A stretch of DNA of 64,000 nt from assembly GCA_013239625.1 (NCBI GenBank), contig MU054400.1:3541032-3605031 (forward strand). The letters run 5' to 3'. The notes under the pieces are model-generated. The model was not told where the DNA came from. It did no database searches and worked only from the letters and a program-made list of their open reading frames with translations. Position numbers and translations under genes: made by a program. The stretch is from Lama guanicoe (taxonomy: Eukaryota). Shown here piece after piece: positions 1 to 13,494 of the stretch (position 1 is the stretch's first letter; each line of letters starts with the position of its first letter).

Positions 1-1686
1 TTTACCTTTTACATTTAATTTTATATTATGATTATGTAAAACATTTATACAATTCTAAAATCAAATATATGAACAAAATGTATTTAAAGAAATCTAATTT
101 TTTTCTCTGTCCTCACCATATAGGTAACCTATTTTCTTTTAATTTAATGACTTGTCCTGCCATTTTATTGTTGATTTTAAATCACTTCACTAAGCAATTT
201 TAAATACATCGTTTCATTCGGTAATTAGAGTAATTTTGTTAATTACATTTGCCTAGAACTTCACAGTGTACGGAAATCTTCTTTGATCTATGATTGCATT
301 GTGTAAAGGGCTTCTAGAAGAGAATGTACCATTAAGTCTCCTTATGGACCTATTCTCAAGTGATGTTCTTCTAAAAGACACGCATTATCCTCTCCTGAAA
401 ATTATACAGACTTAGGCAATTTGTATTTTTTGCATTCAAGTCATCACATAGGTGTATGCATGCCAGGATATCAGAGCCTTCTGAAAAAATGAAGTACTGT
501 AGATTAACAGATCTTCTTTCCAAGTGTTGCTTGGCTCAGGCCCCTCTATTCTTTCTTGGTTCCCGTCCAATAGCTAAATTAAATGAACAAGAAATTGTAA
601 TTCGCTTCCACAATGCAGCATATATGATTTGGAAAGTGGTTGCTAGGTACTTGGAGATACAACAAAAGGCAAGGAAGACCCAATGCCTGACTCCAGAAGC
701 TAGGAATCAAACAGATTTTTAAGAAGCAAATCCAACAACCCCCCAGCATTTTTGTTCATTGAAGACGATCCTGCTTCACATAGAATTTATATTTTCTAAG
801 AAGCATCATCATATGAAGACTTTGAATCAGAGTTTGGGGATATTTTTAAATGCTACTGCTTCTTTAGTTCTCTTCAGATTGACTGTGGAAAAAACACCTT
901 CTGACTTTAGGATCATACCTGTGGTCCTGCAAAACCACACCTACGGGCCTGCAGCATTTCTGTGCCAGGTGATAGCATTAAGTCTCCTTCCAATGTTCCC
1001 ATTGTGAACAGAGCCTAGGAAGAAACAAGCTAAGCATTCTGTCAGAAAGACCTACGTAGTATTTCCACATGGCAGCAGCTGTTTTCTCTCTGAGGCTTTA
1101 GACCAGAATCTCCAGAGAATCTTCTCTAAAACAAAGTGGGTTGGAACAATTTCACAAAGAATCTGTTTAAAAAAATGAATTCACTAAATAATTTTTTACT
1201 TCATGTCTTATTACCAAAACTTCATAATTAGGAAAGAAATGAAAGAAAAGGCAGAATTATTTCACTTTATTTTCCACATTGTCATGCAAAGATCTGCTGC
1301 TGCAAAATTTAGGGTCTGGGGATAGGAAGGTACTTGTTTTTACAAAGGAGGTCATTGCAAATAGACAATTGAAATCAACCCAGATTGCATAATTTTATAA
1401 ACATCCACTTTCTATCTGCTACAGACACAAAAGAAAGAGATGATAATACTAATGCTCTTACCATATGACTAAATACCTTTTGAATTTAGTGAATGCTAAC
1501 CTTGAACTGGACCAGGGATCAGAAAGCTATGGCCAATAGCTAAGTCCAACTCACTGTGTGGATTTAGAATCTTTAAAACTACCATCCTCATTACTATTTC
1601 AGTTTCTTTTGTTATAGCAGCCCAAGCTGACTATGACATCATGTTTCTTTTAAAACTCATTTTAGTATATATTTCATGCATCACGG

Positions 1687-2224
1687 TGTTGGGGAAGAAG
1701 AGCTTTTCCTCTGCTGGTCTAAGAACTAAATTGACATGACACGGATTAATAGAAGGAAATCAAACATTTAATGACGTGTATACAGGGAGAGACCCAGCAA
1801 AACTGCAGCAACTCCTCCAAATGGCTGAAGCCCTCACTTTAAATACCATCTTCGGCTAAAGACAAATGTGGATGTTGGTGGTAGTGGTTTGGGATTTCAA
1901 AGGGAGGAAGGCAATTCTGATGGAGATGAAACGCAAATGTTTGGTAAACAGATGTTTGCCAGGCCATGCAGAGACAATGGGACACAGAGAAGAATTTTAA
2001 TAGACTTTGCTAAGTTCTTCCCTGTCTACCATACCTAGTGCATAGTTACCTAGGGTGATGTGATGGCTCCCTTCCTGGAACAGGTTCCATATCTACATTC
2101 TTTTAGGCGGTTAAGGGGAAGGTCAGAGTTTCTTCCTGAGTCTTTTGGACCTTGACTCTTTGGGGTTCAAAATAATCCACACACCAAAAAGGCATTTTAG
2201 GGGGGCAAATTTTGTTTTCCGACA
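1687..2224 (-). mobile_element. Solo LTR, ERV1-like
   Basis: About 540 bp with TGTTGGGGAA...TTCCGACA imperfect inverted termini. Internal motifs (AACTAAATTGACATGA, CAAAATAATCCACACACCAAAAAGGCATTTT) resemble laurasiatherian ERV1 LTRs. TSD degenerate. Confidence 0.65.
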
Positions 2225-3879
2225 ATAGTTATTTAATGAAGGCAGAGATGGGATTATCTCTTCTTTTCTCCCCAAGCAAAGTGATTCATAGAAAAGTAGT
2301 TGGTGCTTGCTCCTTGATTTGAGAATGTTGGTTTAAAATAGACTAGCGATAGAATGAGAATAGTATCTCAAAAGTTAAGTTCTATGTCATGAAACCAAAC
2401 ATTAATTCAAAAGCATTTGAAAAGACAAAAATGAAATCAGTGACTATTGGCTGGGAATTTCTCTAAGCAACAGATGAAAATATTCTCACATCTTGGGGAT
2501 AAGGATGATTCAACTGAAACAATTCCAGAGTTCTTTAGGTAATTATTTAATCTTTAAGACAGCAAAAAGGCTTCATCTTCTATAAATCTAAAATTATCTT
2601 TAACTTCTAAAGACCATGAAGTCAATAATAGTTATCACATGCAAACTTTTAAAAATATTATCAAAGTTAGTTTATACCTTACAGAATGCTGCCAAGCTTC
2701 AGTTTTCTTTCAGCAATAGTATTTTTAAAAATTAGGTACAGTAGAATTATTTCATATATGAAAGTTAGATTCTTATATAAAAGGCCAAAATTGAGGTAAA
2801 TCCAAATTTCTCTTTAAAATCCTTTAAGGCATCAATAAGATATAGTATATGTATAATATTTGTAATCAGTTTTCTTTTTGTCAAGTACATGTGATTGAAT
2901 TCATATAATTTAGATTCATGCAGTAAGCTAGACGTCCACTGTATCATATTGGGAAAATAGAATGTTAAAAATGTATTTCATTAATATCTATCCATAATTT
3001 GTTCTAGTTTTGTTCACAACAGCAAAGAGCTGTTACTCATTTGGCAAGTAAATCTAGCGTGGACAACAAAGAGGAAAAGCTTTCTTGGTTAGAAACAATA
3101 TTTCCCTATCCCCTGAAGTTAAGATTATGTGCATTGGGATCTGAATCAGGTAGGCGTCAAAGGATCTTAGCAATAATATTGTACACACATCCAAGTGTCC
3201 CCACAGGAGGGGAAGACATGAGCAATGAAATGATCATTGAAGACCTGGAGCCTGTTTTGTTGACCACGAATTCCTGCCATAATGATCACAGTCCTTATAA
3301 AAAGGTAAAATACACATTTAAATGGTTTACTAGCCTTACCTAAGTCAAGAGTGAAATTTAATTTTGCTTTTAGGGTTCCCTGCTGTCTACCTATGGGCTT
3401 TTCTGGACTTGTTATTGAAGAGCTGCACCTGCTAGACCATAATCAAGAAGCCAATGAGAGTGATCCATGGTTAGCCCTGAATGTCAGTAAAACCGGTTTT
3501 AATTCACTGTCAAGTGCGTGCAGGTGTGCACCTGACTCAGTACGGTCAGAGCTGTACCTCTGAGAACCTGCTTTTTGAAACGTAAAATCGTCATTCTTTG
3601 GCTGCAACAACATTAGCTCCAACTTTTTTGTAATGCTTTGTGCGTCTTTCTAAAATTTCCCTGACTCAATTCAAGCCTAGTGGTTTTGTCTTGATTTCCC
3701 CACAGGTCATAAGACAGCTGTTCATCTTAGTGGAATCTGAGGACTTTAACACTGAAAACATTTGTACATTTAAAGAAAAAATTATTTCTGTCTTTCCATT
3801 CCTAAAACTAAAAGTAGAAGTAATTTAATCTTGGTTCTGTAGTAAACGCTTTATTACAGTTATTTACTTTTGCGTTTCT

Positions 3880-4014
3880 TTTTTTTTTTTTAATTTTTTT
3901 TGTGGAGAGGCGGGTATTTAGGTTTTTTGGTTCTTTGTGTGTTTTTTCATGGAGGTACTGGGGATCGAACCCAGGACCTCATGCATGTTAAGCAAGCACT
4001 CTACCCTCCCGACA
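3880..4014 (-). mobile_element. tRNA-derived SINE (camelid vic-1 type)
   Basis: GGAGGTACTGGGGATCGAACCCAGGACCTC (B-box GGTTCGATCCC on minus), T-rich tail, 14-bp TSD ACTTTTGC[G/A]TTTCT at 3866-3879 and 4015-4028. Confidence 0.85.
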
Positions 4015-4544
4015 ACTTTTGCATTTCTGAGACAGTATTACTCACCCAGAAGGATACCTACATACTTTCTTGGTATTGAATGTTTTTCAAATTTAATAAT
4101 TTCTAAACCAGTTTTTGTAACTTACCACTAATTATTGTGCTAAGATTACATATGAACGTCTTATTTCTTCAGTGTCAGAATATAAGCAAGCTGAGAGGTA
4201 GGGTCCTATGCTGTGCTCTACAATCAATGAGTGAATGCTCGTTTCTTTCTTATTAAAAAAATATACATTCTAGCCTATTCTTTGACAATATTTGGGAACC
4301 TCATTTATAAAACTAGAGAGCATACAAAGTAAAAATATGAGTTTTACAATTCTTTTGGAACAAATTATTTTGCATTACTTAAAAACTTAAGTACTATATT
4401 ATAAAAAAGATTTAAGTCAATATCTTAATTTACTCCAGGCTTTAGCTATCCAATAGATGTCCACATTGATTACACTTATATATGCAGAAGAAAAACTCAG
4501 AAATGTCCATTTTAACGTTATCTTCAGAGTAATATTTTAGCAAG

Positions 4545-4900
4545 TGTGGTTTTAGAGTAAGCGAATGTGCTATAACAAAGAAACCCCAAGATGTGCAATG
4601 GCTCAAGCACAACAGAATTGGACTCGTCACTCATGTGACAGTCCTGGTTACTGGGACTTCAGGAAGTGACTCAGGAACCCAGACCCCTTCCATCCTGTGG
4701 CTCTGGCTGAGGGGCTCATGGTCTGCAACCAGATGATGGAAGTGAGAAATGGGACAGAAGGCACACACTTGTTTCCTTAAAGTCATTTCTGCTAAGCCAC
4801 CAGCTGAATTCAGTCACATAATGACATCTAGCCCCAGGCAGGCTGGGCAATGTAGTCTAACCATGCCATTAAGGAGGGGAAATGCATTTTCTGTGAATAG
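4545..4900 (-). mobile_element. Old MaLR LTR (MLT1-like)
   Basis: GCTATAACAAAGAACCCCAAGA...AATGGCTCAAGCACAACAG start and TCACATAATGAC...GGCTGGGCAATGTAGTCT end are typical of old MLT1 LTRs. Boundaries approximate. Confidence 0.55.
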
Positions 4901-5201
4901 AAGTTCCTGTGACGTGAGGTCTGATAAACACGCACAATTACAGTGACTTGGGAGGCTATTTTGTAGGTTTGGGAGTTGTTCAGATTAGAATTTAGGAGAG
5001 CCTTTCTCTTTACAAGATTTGAGCCTGGGAGAGTGAGTTTGCTTTCACTGTTGGAACTAAGATGAATGTCATAGAGATTTAAAACCAGAGGCAACAAGTT
5101 TGCCTTTCTTCAGAAAGAGGGATTGCTGCCACCTGGAGGATGGAGGATGCACACCACAGTGAAAATCCTTTCTGGGCATCTCATACATCTGTGTGAATGC
5201 A

Positions 5202-5251
5202 TGCTCTTATGTTTTAAAATTATAACTGCTCTTATGTTTTAAAATTTGAAC
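5202..5251. repeat. 25-bp tandem duplication
   Basis: TGCTCTTATGTTTTAAAATTATAAC followed by TGCTCTTATGTTTTAAAATTTGAAC. Confidence 0.9.
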
Positions 5252-7169
5252 TGCAGGTGAAATGACACATAGGCACAAAGCCTTTCCTTCCTAAACTCTA
5301 CCCACGCACCCTGAAGCTGGTTCAGGACTAACCTGTTTCTTTCTCTTAGAAGAAATAGATAAATCTCGTGGAAAGACAATAATGAGCCAAGCAAGCTGAG
5401 ACGGAAAAACTTTGAGCGCTAGTCCCAAGGCTCTGCTGTGGGGCGTTGAAATCTTTGCATTAGAACCTGGCTCTCCCACTCTACCTAACTTATCAAATTT
5501 TTTTTAAAAGCATAATGAAATAGAGAGAAATAACCTCTATTAACTGCTCATGTAAGCATCCCCCAAGTCAGAGACCCGCGTTGGGCCAGGACCCAGCTCT
5601 GATGTGCGGCTGTCATATGCTGGTTTGGCATCTGTCTGAATGTTCAAGCATCTACCACGTCCACACTCAAACATTTTTTAGTTACACTCCTGCTAAGATC
5701 CGCATTCAAGGATCATTCTCCCAGACTTAGGGACAAAGACTCCTGACCGCACAGGAAGCCCTCCTTAAAGTCAGATTTGAATAGAACGCCTCTGCTTTGT
5801 AAATGTATTTCCCCACCTGGGTGAGGAGTCTGTTCGTCCAGGTTTGGAATGGTGATGCCACATGGCTGGTAAAGGAAATGTATTTCCCTTGGAAGCTACC
5901 TTTGGTTATAATAGGATGGCCCACCTTCAGAGAGGACTAGCAAATAAAGTTGTACGCTCTCAAATTCAGTGGCGCTTTTATTTTGATTGGTCCTAGACAC
6001 TACCAAGCACACACACAAATCTAAAATAAGAGATGTCCAAGACTCCCAGGAAACAAGAAAACAAAACAAATGAAACGAAAATATTTATGCTTTATATGAG
6101 CAAAGCACTTCGAGAAAAACTTTTCAGGACAATAGAAGTGAAAGTGTGGACTTCATGAAACAGCCAAGCGGTAAACTGTACACTATAACTTGCATAAATA
6201 CTTTAAAATAGATTAAAGAGATCAGTCTTTAGGTAACTGAATTTTATGATTGTTTTCTACTTGGAAAAGATCCTTTTTCTATTCCAAGTGAAAATCAATT
6301 ACTCAATTGAGTTATGAAACCTTTGCTTAAAGGTAAATATTATCTTTACTAAATAAAAGTGTAACTTTGGTTCATTAAAGTAGTCCTCAGTATCCCTGCT
6401 ACTGAGTTATAAGATCAGGTAAATATAAATTGGCATCCTTGGTATTGGATAGACAATCAGTAGTTGTAAGAAATCTTTAAGGCACTTTCCCTCGTACCAG
6501 GATCTTTTACTATGATTTAAAGGGCTTTAACATTAGACCATAAATTAATTTGAAGGATTTTGTTTTAAGCATTAGTGAAATTTACTTAAATCTTCTGGCA
6601 TTGAAAACGCCCTAAGCAAATTAAATTTATATTATAAATTGGGGTAAAAGGACAGAGAGATGGCTTCTCGCTGATTTTTACCACGGTGCAAAAATGAAAT
6701 GCAAATATGACATTGTAGTTTATGCAAAGTTTGAATTTGTTTTTGGCAATTGGCTAATTAAATGTGACTTCCTAAATTGGTTACATGTATTCCTTATGCC
6801 ATTATTTTGAAGTAATATATAAAAGGAAACATGGATTCAATTAAACTGAATTTTTAAAACCGTTGTTAGAAAACTGGCTCTTGTAAATTTCCAGCCCTAC
6901 TGAATTATGTGGACCTACAGAGATTTTTCCAGTTACACTATCTGGGCAATGTTTTAAGGTGTTTTATTTTTCTGATATGTTCTTAATATTAACAGTGATA
7001 ATTTAATGTCAACTTAGATTATAGGTTCTAGCTGGCTTTGAGACCTTAGAATAACAGTAAGTTGAAGTAATTAGTGAGGAATCTTAGGTTGCCAGGAAAT
7101 TTTCTACAGAACTTAACATTTCGAAGGACAGAGAAGATAAATTATGTATGTTGTGTGTGTCTTAGTGAA

Positions 7170-8335
7170 CTTTTTATTTCTAGATAATTGTAGATTAACA
7201 TGCAGCTGTAAGAAAAAAATAGAGATCTCATGCACCATTTACCCAGTTGCCCCTAATGGAAATGTCTCACAAGTATCAATATAATATCGAAACCGGGATA
7301 TTGACATCGACGCAGTCAATATAGCGAACAGTTCCACCACCATTTTATACACAGCAACTTCCCTCCAGCCCTCACCCTATCCTCAACCCTGAGCTACCAC
7401 TACTGTTCTCCCTTTCCATAATTTTGTCATTTAAGAATGTTATATAAATGGAGCCATACAGTAGGTAACATTTTTGACTTTTTTCCATTCAGTGCCATTC
7501 TCTGGAGGGTTCACCCAGGTTGTTGCGTGTATCAGTAGTTCATTCCCTTTTATTGCTGAATTGTATTCCACCGTACTGAGGTATCACAGTTTGTTTAACC
7601 ATTCACCTCTTGAAGGACATCTGAAGCTATTATAGATAAGCTATTATAAATATTTAGGTACAAGGTTATGTGTAAACACAGGTTTTAATTTCTCTGGAAT
7701 AAGTGCCCAGGAGTGCAAATGCTAAATTGAAGGCTAGTTGCATGCCATGTTTTAAGGAACTGCGAGTTTGCGTCCCAGAATGACTGTACCATTTGACATT
7801 CCTCCAGAAATATACAAGTAATCCAGTTTCTCTGCATCTTCAACAGCATTTGATGTTGTCACTATTTTTTATCTTAGCCATTCTCTTAGATGTATAGTGG
7901 TATCTCATTGTGGCGTTAATTTTCATTTCCCTAGTGGGAAATGATGCTGAATGCTTTTCAAGTAAAAGCATCTGTGTATATTCTTCAGTGAAATGTCTCT
8001 TTATGTCCTTTGCCCGTGTTTGATTTGTATTGTTTTCTCTGTGTACCGTTGCATTTTGAGAATTCTTTATATATTCTATATAGTATTCTTTTGTCAGCTT
8101 CTTGGCTTGCAAGTGTTTTTCTCCCAGTGTTTTTGCATCCACTTATCAAGGACTCTCACAGAACGAAAGGTTTTACTTTCAATGGCATGCAATTTATCAG
8201 TTTCTCCTTGTTTGGATCATGCTTTTATTGTTAAGTCTGAGAAATCCTTGCCTAGTCCCAGATCCCAAAGATGTATATTTAAGTCTGTCATCCACTTAAG
8301 CTCACTTTTGTATAAGGTGTGAGTTTGAGATTGAA
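7170..8335 (-). mobile_element. Old L1 (L1M-type) 3' UTR and ORF2 C-terminus
   Basis: Minus-strand translation KRHFTEEYTQM...REMKINATMRYHYTSKRMAKIK is degenerate ORF2 C-terminus, followed by L1M 3' UTR. Confidence 0.85.
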
Positions 8336-9639
8336 GTTCTTTTTTCTTTTTCTTTCTTTTCTTTTTTTCTGTTTTTGGTGGCAGTACTTACGGTTAGACC
8401 CATGTGTATAATCTCAACTTCTCAAAAATCTGCTAATATTTGTACTGAGTACCTTTGAGCCTTTGCCTTCATGTCCATAAACAATTGGAAAAAGAAAAAC
8501 AAAACAACAGAACAAAATCAAAAAAACTTCTCAAGATTCCTTACCTTTGGACAAGATAAAAAATTTCTAATGGTTAGCATGTCACATTCTGCTGTGGCTG
8601 TCGTAAAATGTTGTTAATCTTGTTAATATCTAGTCACAGCTATAGTGGTTCCTTGTTCCTAAACACGTTAGCTGTCCTCCAAAAATCAGAAACCTGCAGG
8701 CTGTCCTTGCACCTAGATTGTCTCTGGCGCACCCAGATGGCTACTTGGTAACACCAGGGTGTGCTCCCCTCCTTGCTCAGAATCCAAGAGGGAGATAATG
8801 GAAATAATTGGGTATGATTGGTATGCTCCCATTCCCAGTTTCAGTGTTTTTGTTGGTTTGTCATTGCTCTATAGTAATGTCAAAGTTGCCCTACTTGTCT
8901 GTGAACTGGGACCAGATGCCACAAGGATTTTTGATGGTCAGAAACTGATTAGTATTCCTTTTCATCAGGAAATAAGTCCTTATTTGGGAACTTCTACATA
9001 ATCACGGACTGAACAAGATCGTTAGTCCCCTCTTTTGTATTGACAAAGATTGGAACCAAGATCATTACTGGAATTGTAATGTGTTTCAGTAACCCAGAGT
9101 AATCCAGTACCCTGATGCTTGATCAGTACTGCAGCACTCCACCTGAAGTTCAAGCACCAGATATAAGATGAACAGGTTTCTCTGTCAAGTAAAGAGTAAA
9201 ATTGACCTTCACTAAAGACAATGGGCCCAAACTGGTAACTATGACTATTTGCACGACTTGGTAGCCTAAGAATACAGTAACAATACATTTTTTGTTGCCA
9301 TATCAATCTGCAAAAAATGTAACTATCTCTAATTTCTGTATCTGTTTTCATACACCATTCATCACCGTGTGAGAAATCACTATGATGTTTTGCCTTTCAC
9401 CTGGGATGATGGATGTGATGAGTGAGCAGATGAAGGCAAACATGTGGCTGAACACTGACTTAGGTATGGCAGAGTTCTAACGTTGCAGGCTGGCACTTCT
9501 CTGTTTTATCCCATTGAGAAAATACTGGCTTCCTGTGTTGTTGAGGTAGGTCAATAGCAGCAGCAGGTCCTAGGCTGTGCTAAAAACATGGCCCTTGCAT
9601 TTTGCCACTTTGTTCCTGTGGTGAAACTTGCGGCTTCCC

Positions 9640-10165
9640 CTCTTGTTTATTTTTGCCTTTGTTGCCTGTGCTTTGAGCATCAGTTCCAAAAAGTCATTGC
9701 CAAGATCAGTGTCAAGAAGCCTTTCCCCTATGTTTTCTTCTAGCAGTTTTATGGTTTGGGGTTTTACATTTAAGTCTTTAATCCATTGTGAGTTGAATTT
9801 TGTGTAAGATAATGGTTCAATTTCATCCTTTTTTCATGTTGATTTCCAGCTTTCCCAGCATCATTTATTAAAGAGACTATCTTTTCCCATTGTATATTCT
9901 TGGCAAGTTTGTTGAAAATTAGTTGATCATATATGAGTTTATTTCTGGGTTCTCTATTCTGTTCCATTGGCCAACATGTCTCTTTTTATGCCAGTACCAA
10001 CTTTGTTATATAGTTTAAAATCAGGGAGCATGATGCTTCCAGCTTTATTCTTCTTATTCAAGACTGCTTTAGCTATTGGGGGTCTTTTACGGTTCCATAC
10101 AAATTTTAGGATTCTTTTTTCTATTTCTGTGAAAAATGCCATTGGAATTTTGGTAGGAATTTCAG
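9640..10165 (-). mobile_element. L1 ORF2 internal fragment
   Basis: Minus-strand ORFs [43 protein letters not shown] and IYDQLIFNKLAKNIQWEK are ORF2 post-RT sequence. Confidence 0.9.
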
Positions 10166-11699
10166 CTTAAAGAAAAAAAATATTACACGTCATAAGGGCA
10201 CCTTTTGTATTTGTGGAATGCATGCTTTCCCATATTTGCCATGCATTTGGCCCATTTCCTGCCTTATAGTTTTAAGTTTGCACAGTAGTTTCCCAGTTTA
10301 CACCTGATACTTCAGTATACTTAGTAATAACATTCCTTTTATACTCTCAGAAGTATCCCAGTTTGGATGATAAATTACATGTTCACTTTATACATTGATG
10401 TTATAATACCTCCATGTTACATCATTGTAGTATGCATGTTACAAACCTATGACATAGTATTTGAATACAACACAAATTATCTCCAAATTCTCTGTATTGG
10501 AAAGGTTCACAGCTTCCATGACATAAACAAAACACTTTAATTTGAAAGAAAAAAATAGTACAATATCCACCATATTGAGTTCTACCGTTTATTTACAATT
10601 GAGAAGCAAGCTGCCCTTTTCGGAACACAGCAGCCATGCCTTGGGTACATCTAAAATCTGCTCACCACTAGCATGGTGGTCATTGTTCTTTGGAATTCCA
10701 TGGCTTTATACTTCACCTTTGTCAACAAAGGATGAGCATGTGCTGTTATTCGGCAAGGAATATGATGCCAATATTCTCGCGAATTAGAATTTGTCTAGGA
10801 TTATTGTTTACTTGCATAGAAAAAGAAGCTGCTACTAGCTTTAGCAGCTATTGTAACAGCCTGAGAGGTGGGATCTAGTTACATAGACTGATAGACTTTT
10901 GGGAAATTTAGGGGTAAAAATTGAATTTAGCAATATTATATATTTTGTTAAGCCTGTATATAGTGATAATACTGATAAAGTGTTGTGTATATTGTAGTCT
11001 TACAGGGACACATCAAAAGCTTTCTTGAAAGGATTGAAAAGTGCACATTTTTTATTTAAGAGGAAGCAAATCTGAAGTTCATATGGTGAGAAATCTCATG
11101 CAGATTTGAATCTGATAAAAAAAAAAAAAACAAGACTGAGAGACTGGCAAAGAAAAATGCCATAAGCCCCTTATCTCATTGTTAGTAGATAATAACCCTA
11201 TTTGTCTTTTCTCCATATCTGGAAGGAAATTCAGTATCTATAGACTTTTTTGTAAGTGCTAATTATTTTGAGTCCTCATAATTAACTAAAAGTCTATTTA
11301 AAAAGTAAAAGTGATGTACCATCTTCTCTGCAGCTAGAGAGAGAGAGAGAGAATTTTATTTTGCATCATAAATCAAATTCAGAGAATCTTACTTAGTAAG
11401 GTATTAACTTGGAACTTTCACAAAATGCCCATCTTGTTCCCCTTGTGAAATAAAGAGACTTTTGTGAATTTGCATTAACATTTTCTATGGGTTTTAAGGT
11501 AAAGTCTTCCAGGACGTATTATTTGACCAGAGTCCTTTTGGAAAACCCACCTGAAATTATTGTCCTATCCTTTGAAAATAACCTCCAAAATATTCTGTAT
11601 TTTTATTATTATTCATACTTGATAAATTGTAGCTCTGTCATAGTTACTTGGCAAAATCTATAAATAGTGGAAACGCCCCTTAAAAATCACATAGAAATA

Positions 11700-12330
11700 A
11701 AGACATTTTTAGGGAAAAAGAAAGAAAGAAAGTGAGAGTTCCTTAGTGACAAGCCTATATTGTCAGTATTAAAGGCTGGACTTTGGGCAAAAAGAAAATG
11801 AGTTGACACAGAAAGGAGGTAAGAAGAATTGAAATAATGCTGTTAGTAAATCTAAATGTGTGTTTACTATATGAAACAAAAATGATAATGTCTTGTGCAG
11901 TTTTAAATATTGATAGAATGAAATATAAGATCACAATGGTCTATAACTGAGGAGGGAGCTACATGGAGTAACTGTTCCCAGAAACTTCCCATTATACTGG
12001 GAAAGAGTAAAAGCATCTGTTAGCGTTAAACGTTGGCAAGACAAAGACTACATGTTGTAACCACTAAGACAACCACTCTAAGAAGAGGAAAATGTGTCTA
12101 ACTTCCTAGCAAATAGAGATTAAAAGTAAAATTAGAAAAAAAGACAATCAATCCAAAAGAAGCAAGAATGGAGGAAAAAAACCAGAGATGACAGAAAAAT
12201 ATACATCACATAGTCATCACAAACGTATAATCACATAATCAAATACATCAATAATCACAGTAAGTGTAAAACAATTAAAAGTTCCATTTACAACACAAAG
12301 AAAGACAGGCTAATTTAAAAAACAAAACCC
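11700..12330 (+). mobile_element. Ancient L1 fragment (ORF1 end / inter-ORF region)
   Basis: A-rich and degenerate; ATAAAGACATTTTTAGG...AATCAATCCAAAAGAAGCAAG...ATCAATAATCACAGTAAGTGTAAA is L1ME-like. Confidence 0.5.
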
Positions 12331-12419
12331 AAGGAAGAGAGTGTAGAGTTCAACCCCTCCCAAGTTATCTATAAAATGTATGTATGCAGCCACTGGGCTC
12401 TGGTCTGAAATTGTAAACT

Positions 12420-13090
12420 ACGGGAATCTCACTATACCACTATGTCCTAATCCAGATGATTCTTTTCTCATTCAGACACTTTGCTTCCAAATGTTATAAT
12501 CTTTTCACTATTGAGCCAAAAACTCATCCTAGTTTTACTGTAAGGAATTCCACAACACTCTTTCAAATATATAAATATGCTACCTACTTTTTCTTTTTAT
12601 AAATTCCAATTTCTTTTTACCAGTATTTGCATGTGGTCTTCTCCATTTTTTTATATTGCCTGTGAAAACAGCCTCCTCTAAATCTGGCTCACGGATTCAG
12701 CTTGCTGAGTTATTTTTGGATTCTGCTTGAGTTGTCCATCACGTTGGCACTTTCTTCAGTTTCATGTCACTGGGAAATGATACTAAGGCATGCTTTCTGT
12801 TTTTTCACCTTATTCACTGAGAAAAACATTGAATAGAACGTATCTGATGGCAGTGCTTCAAAGCAGCCATTGGAGACCTTTCTCTCAGTTGACCTTCATC
12901 CATTAATCAGCATTCTGAAGGTCTCAGCATTTAAATATTAATAACAAATATGAGTCAATAAAAGCAATAACAAATATAAATCAATAGCCAGCTCACATTT
13001 CTCCAGTTTGTTTACAAAGTCAGCACAAAAGTCTTTGTTAGACATCTTGCTGAAATTCAGATACCCTAGGTCTACTTATCAGACCAGAGT
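12420..13090 (-). mobile_element. CR1/L3 LINE reverse-transcriptase remnant
   Basis: Minus strand reads VDLGYLNFSKMSNKDFCADFVNKLEKCEL (CR1 consensus VDVxYLDFSKAFDKVxH..KLxK.GL), followed by degenerate RMLING...KVSNG...VLFNVFLS...DMKLKKVANVMD...RIQK, collinear with CR1 RT. Confidence 0.8.
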
Positions 13091-13494
13091 CAACAATTTC
13101 AATAGTGATGGTGAATCTCATTTCCATTTGTTTATGGAGACAGAGAAGCAACTACAAAATGTAGCCTGCAGGTTTAGATTATCTTGTGCAGTAATCCAGT
13201 CCCTCATGGATCCACAAGCACTGAAACTGCTGGACATCACTTTTCTAAGAAGATGCCACATTAGAATACCCTGGACCTTTAAACCCCTAGAGAAACCCAA
13301 CTGGTCTTAGAGCATGAATAATTGATATGTAAAACTAGTCATAGCTTTCAGAGATCCCAGGGGCCATTGCAAAGAATGTTAAGCTAGACTAAGGTCCCCT
13401 ACACTCCAGACAGTTACAAAGAGGTTCATCTGAGGCTCCTCAGAATCTAGGTGAAGATGCTCATGGGGCATTGAGTTACAAGGGTACCAGAACT

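Noticed and set aside
8545..10795. Faint resemblance of minus-strand translations (e.g. RQILIRE, RAMF..LG.A, HTLVLPS) to GREB1-family motifs
   Set aside because: The matches are short, need frameshifts, are not all collinear and were picked by eye. They cannot be supported without a profile search.
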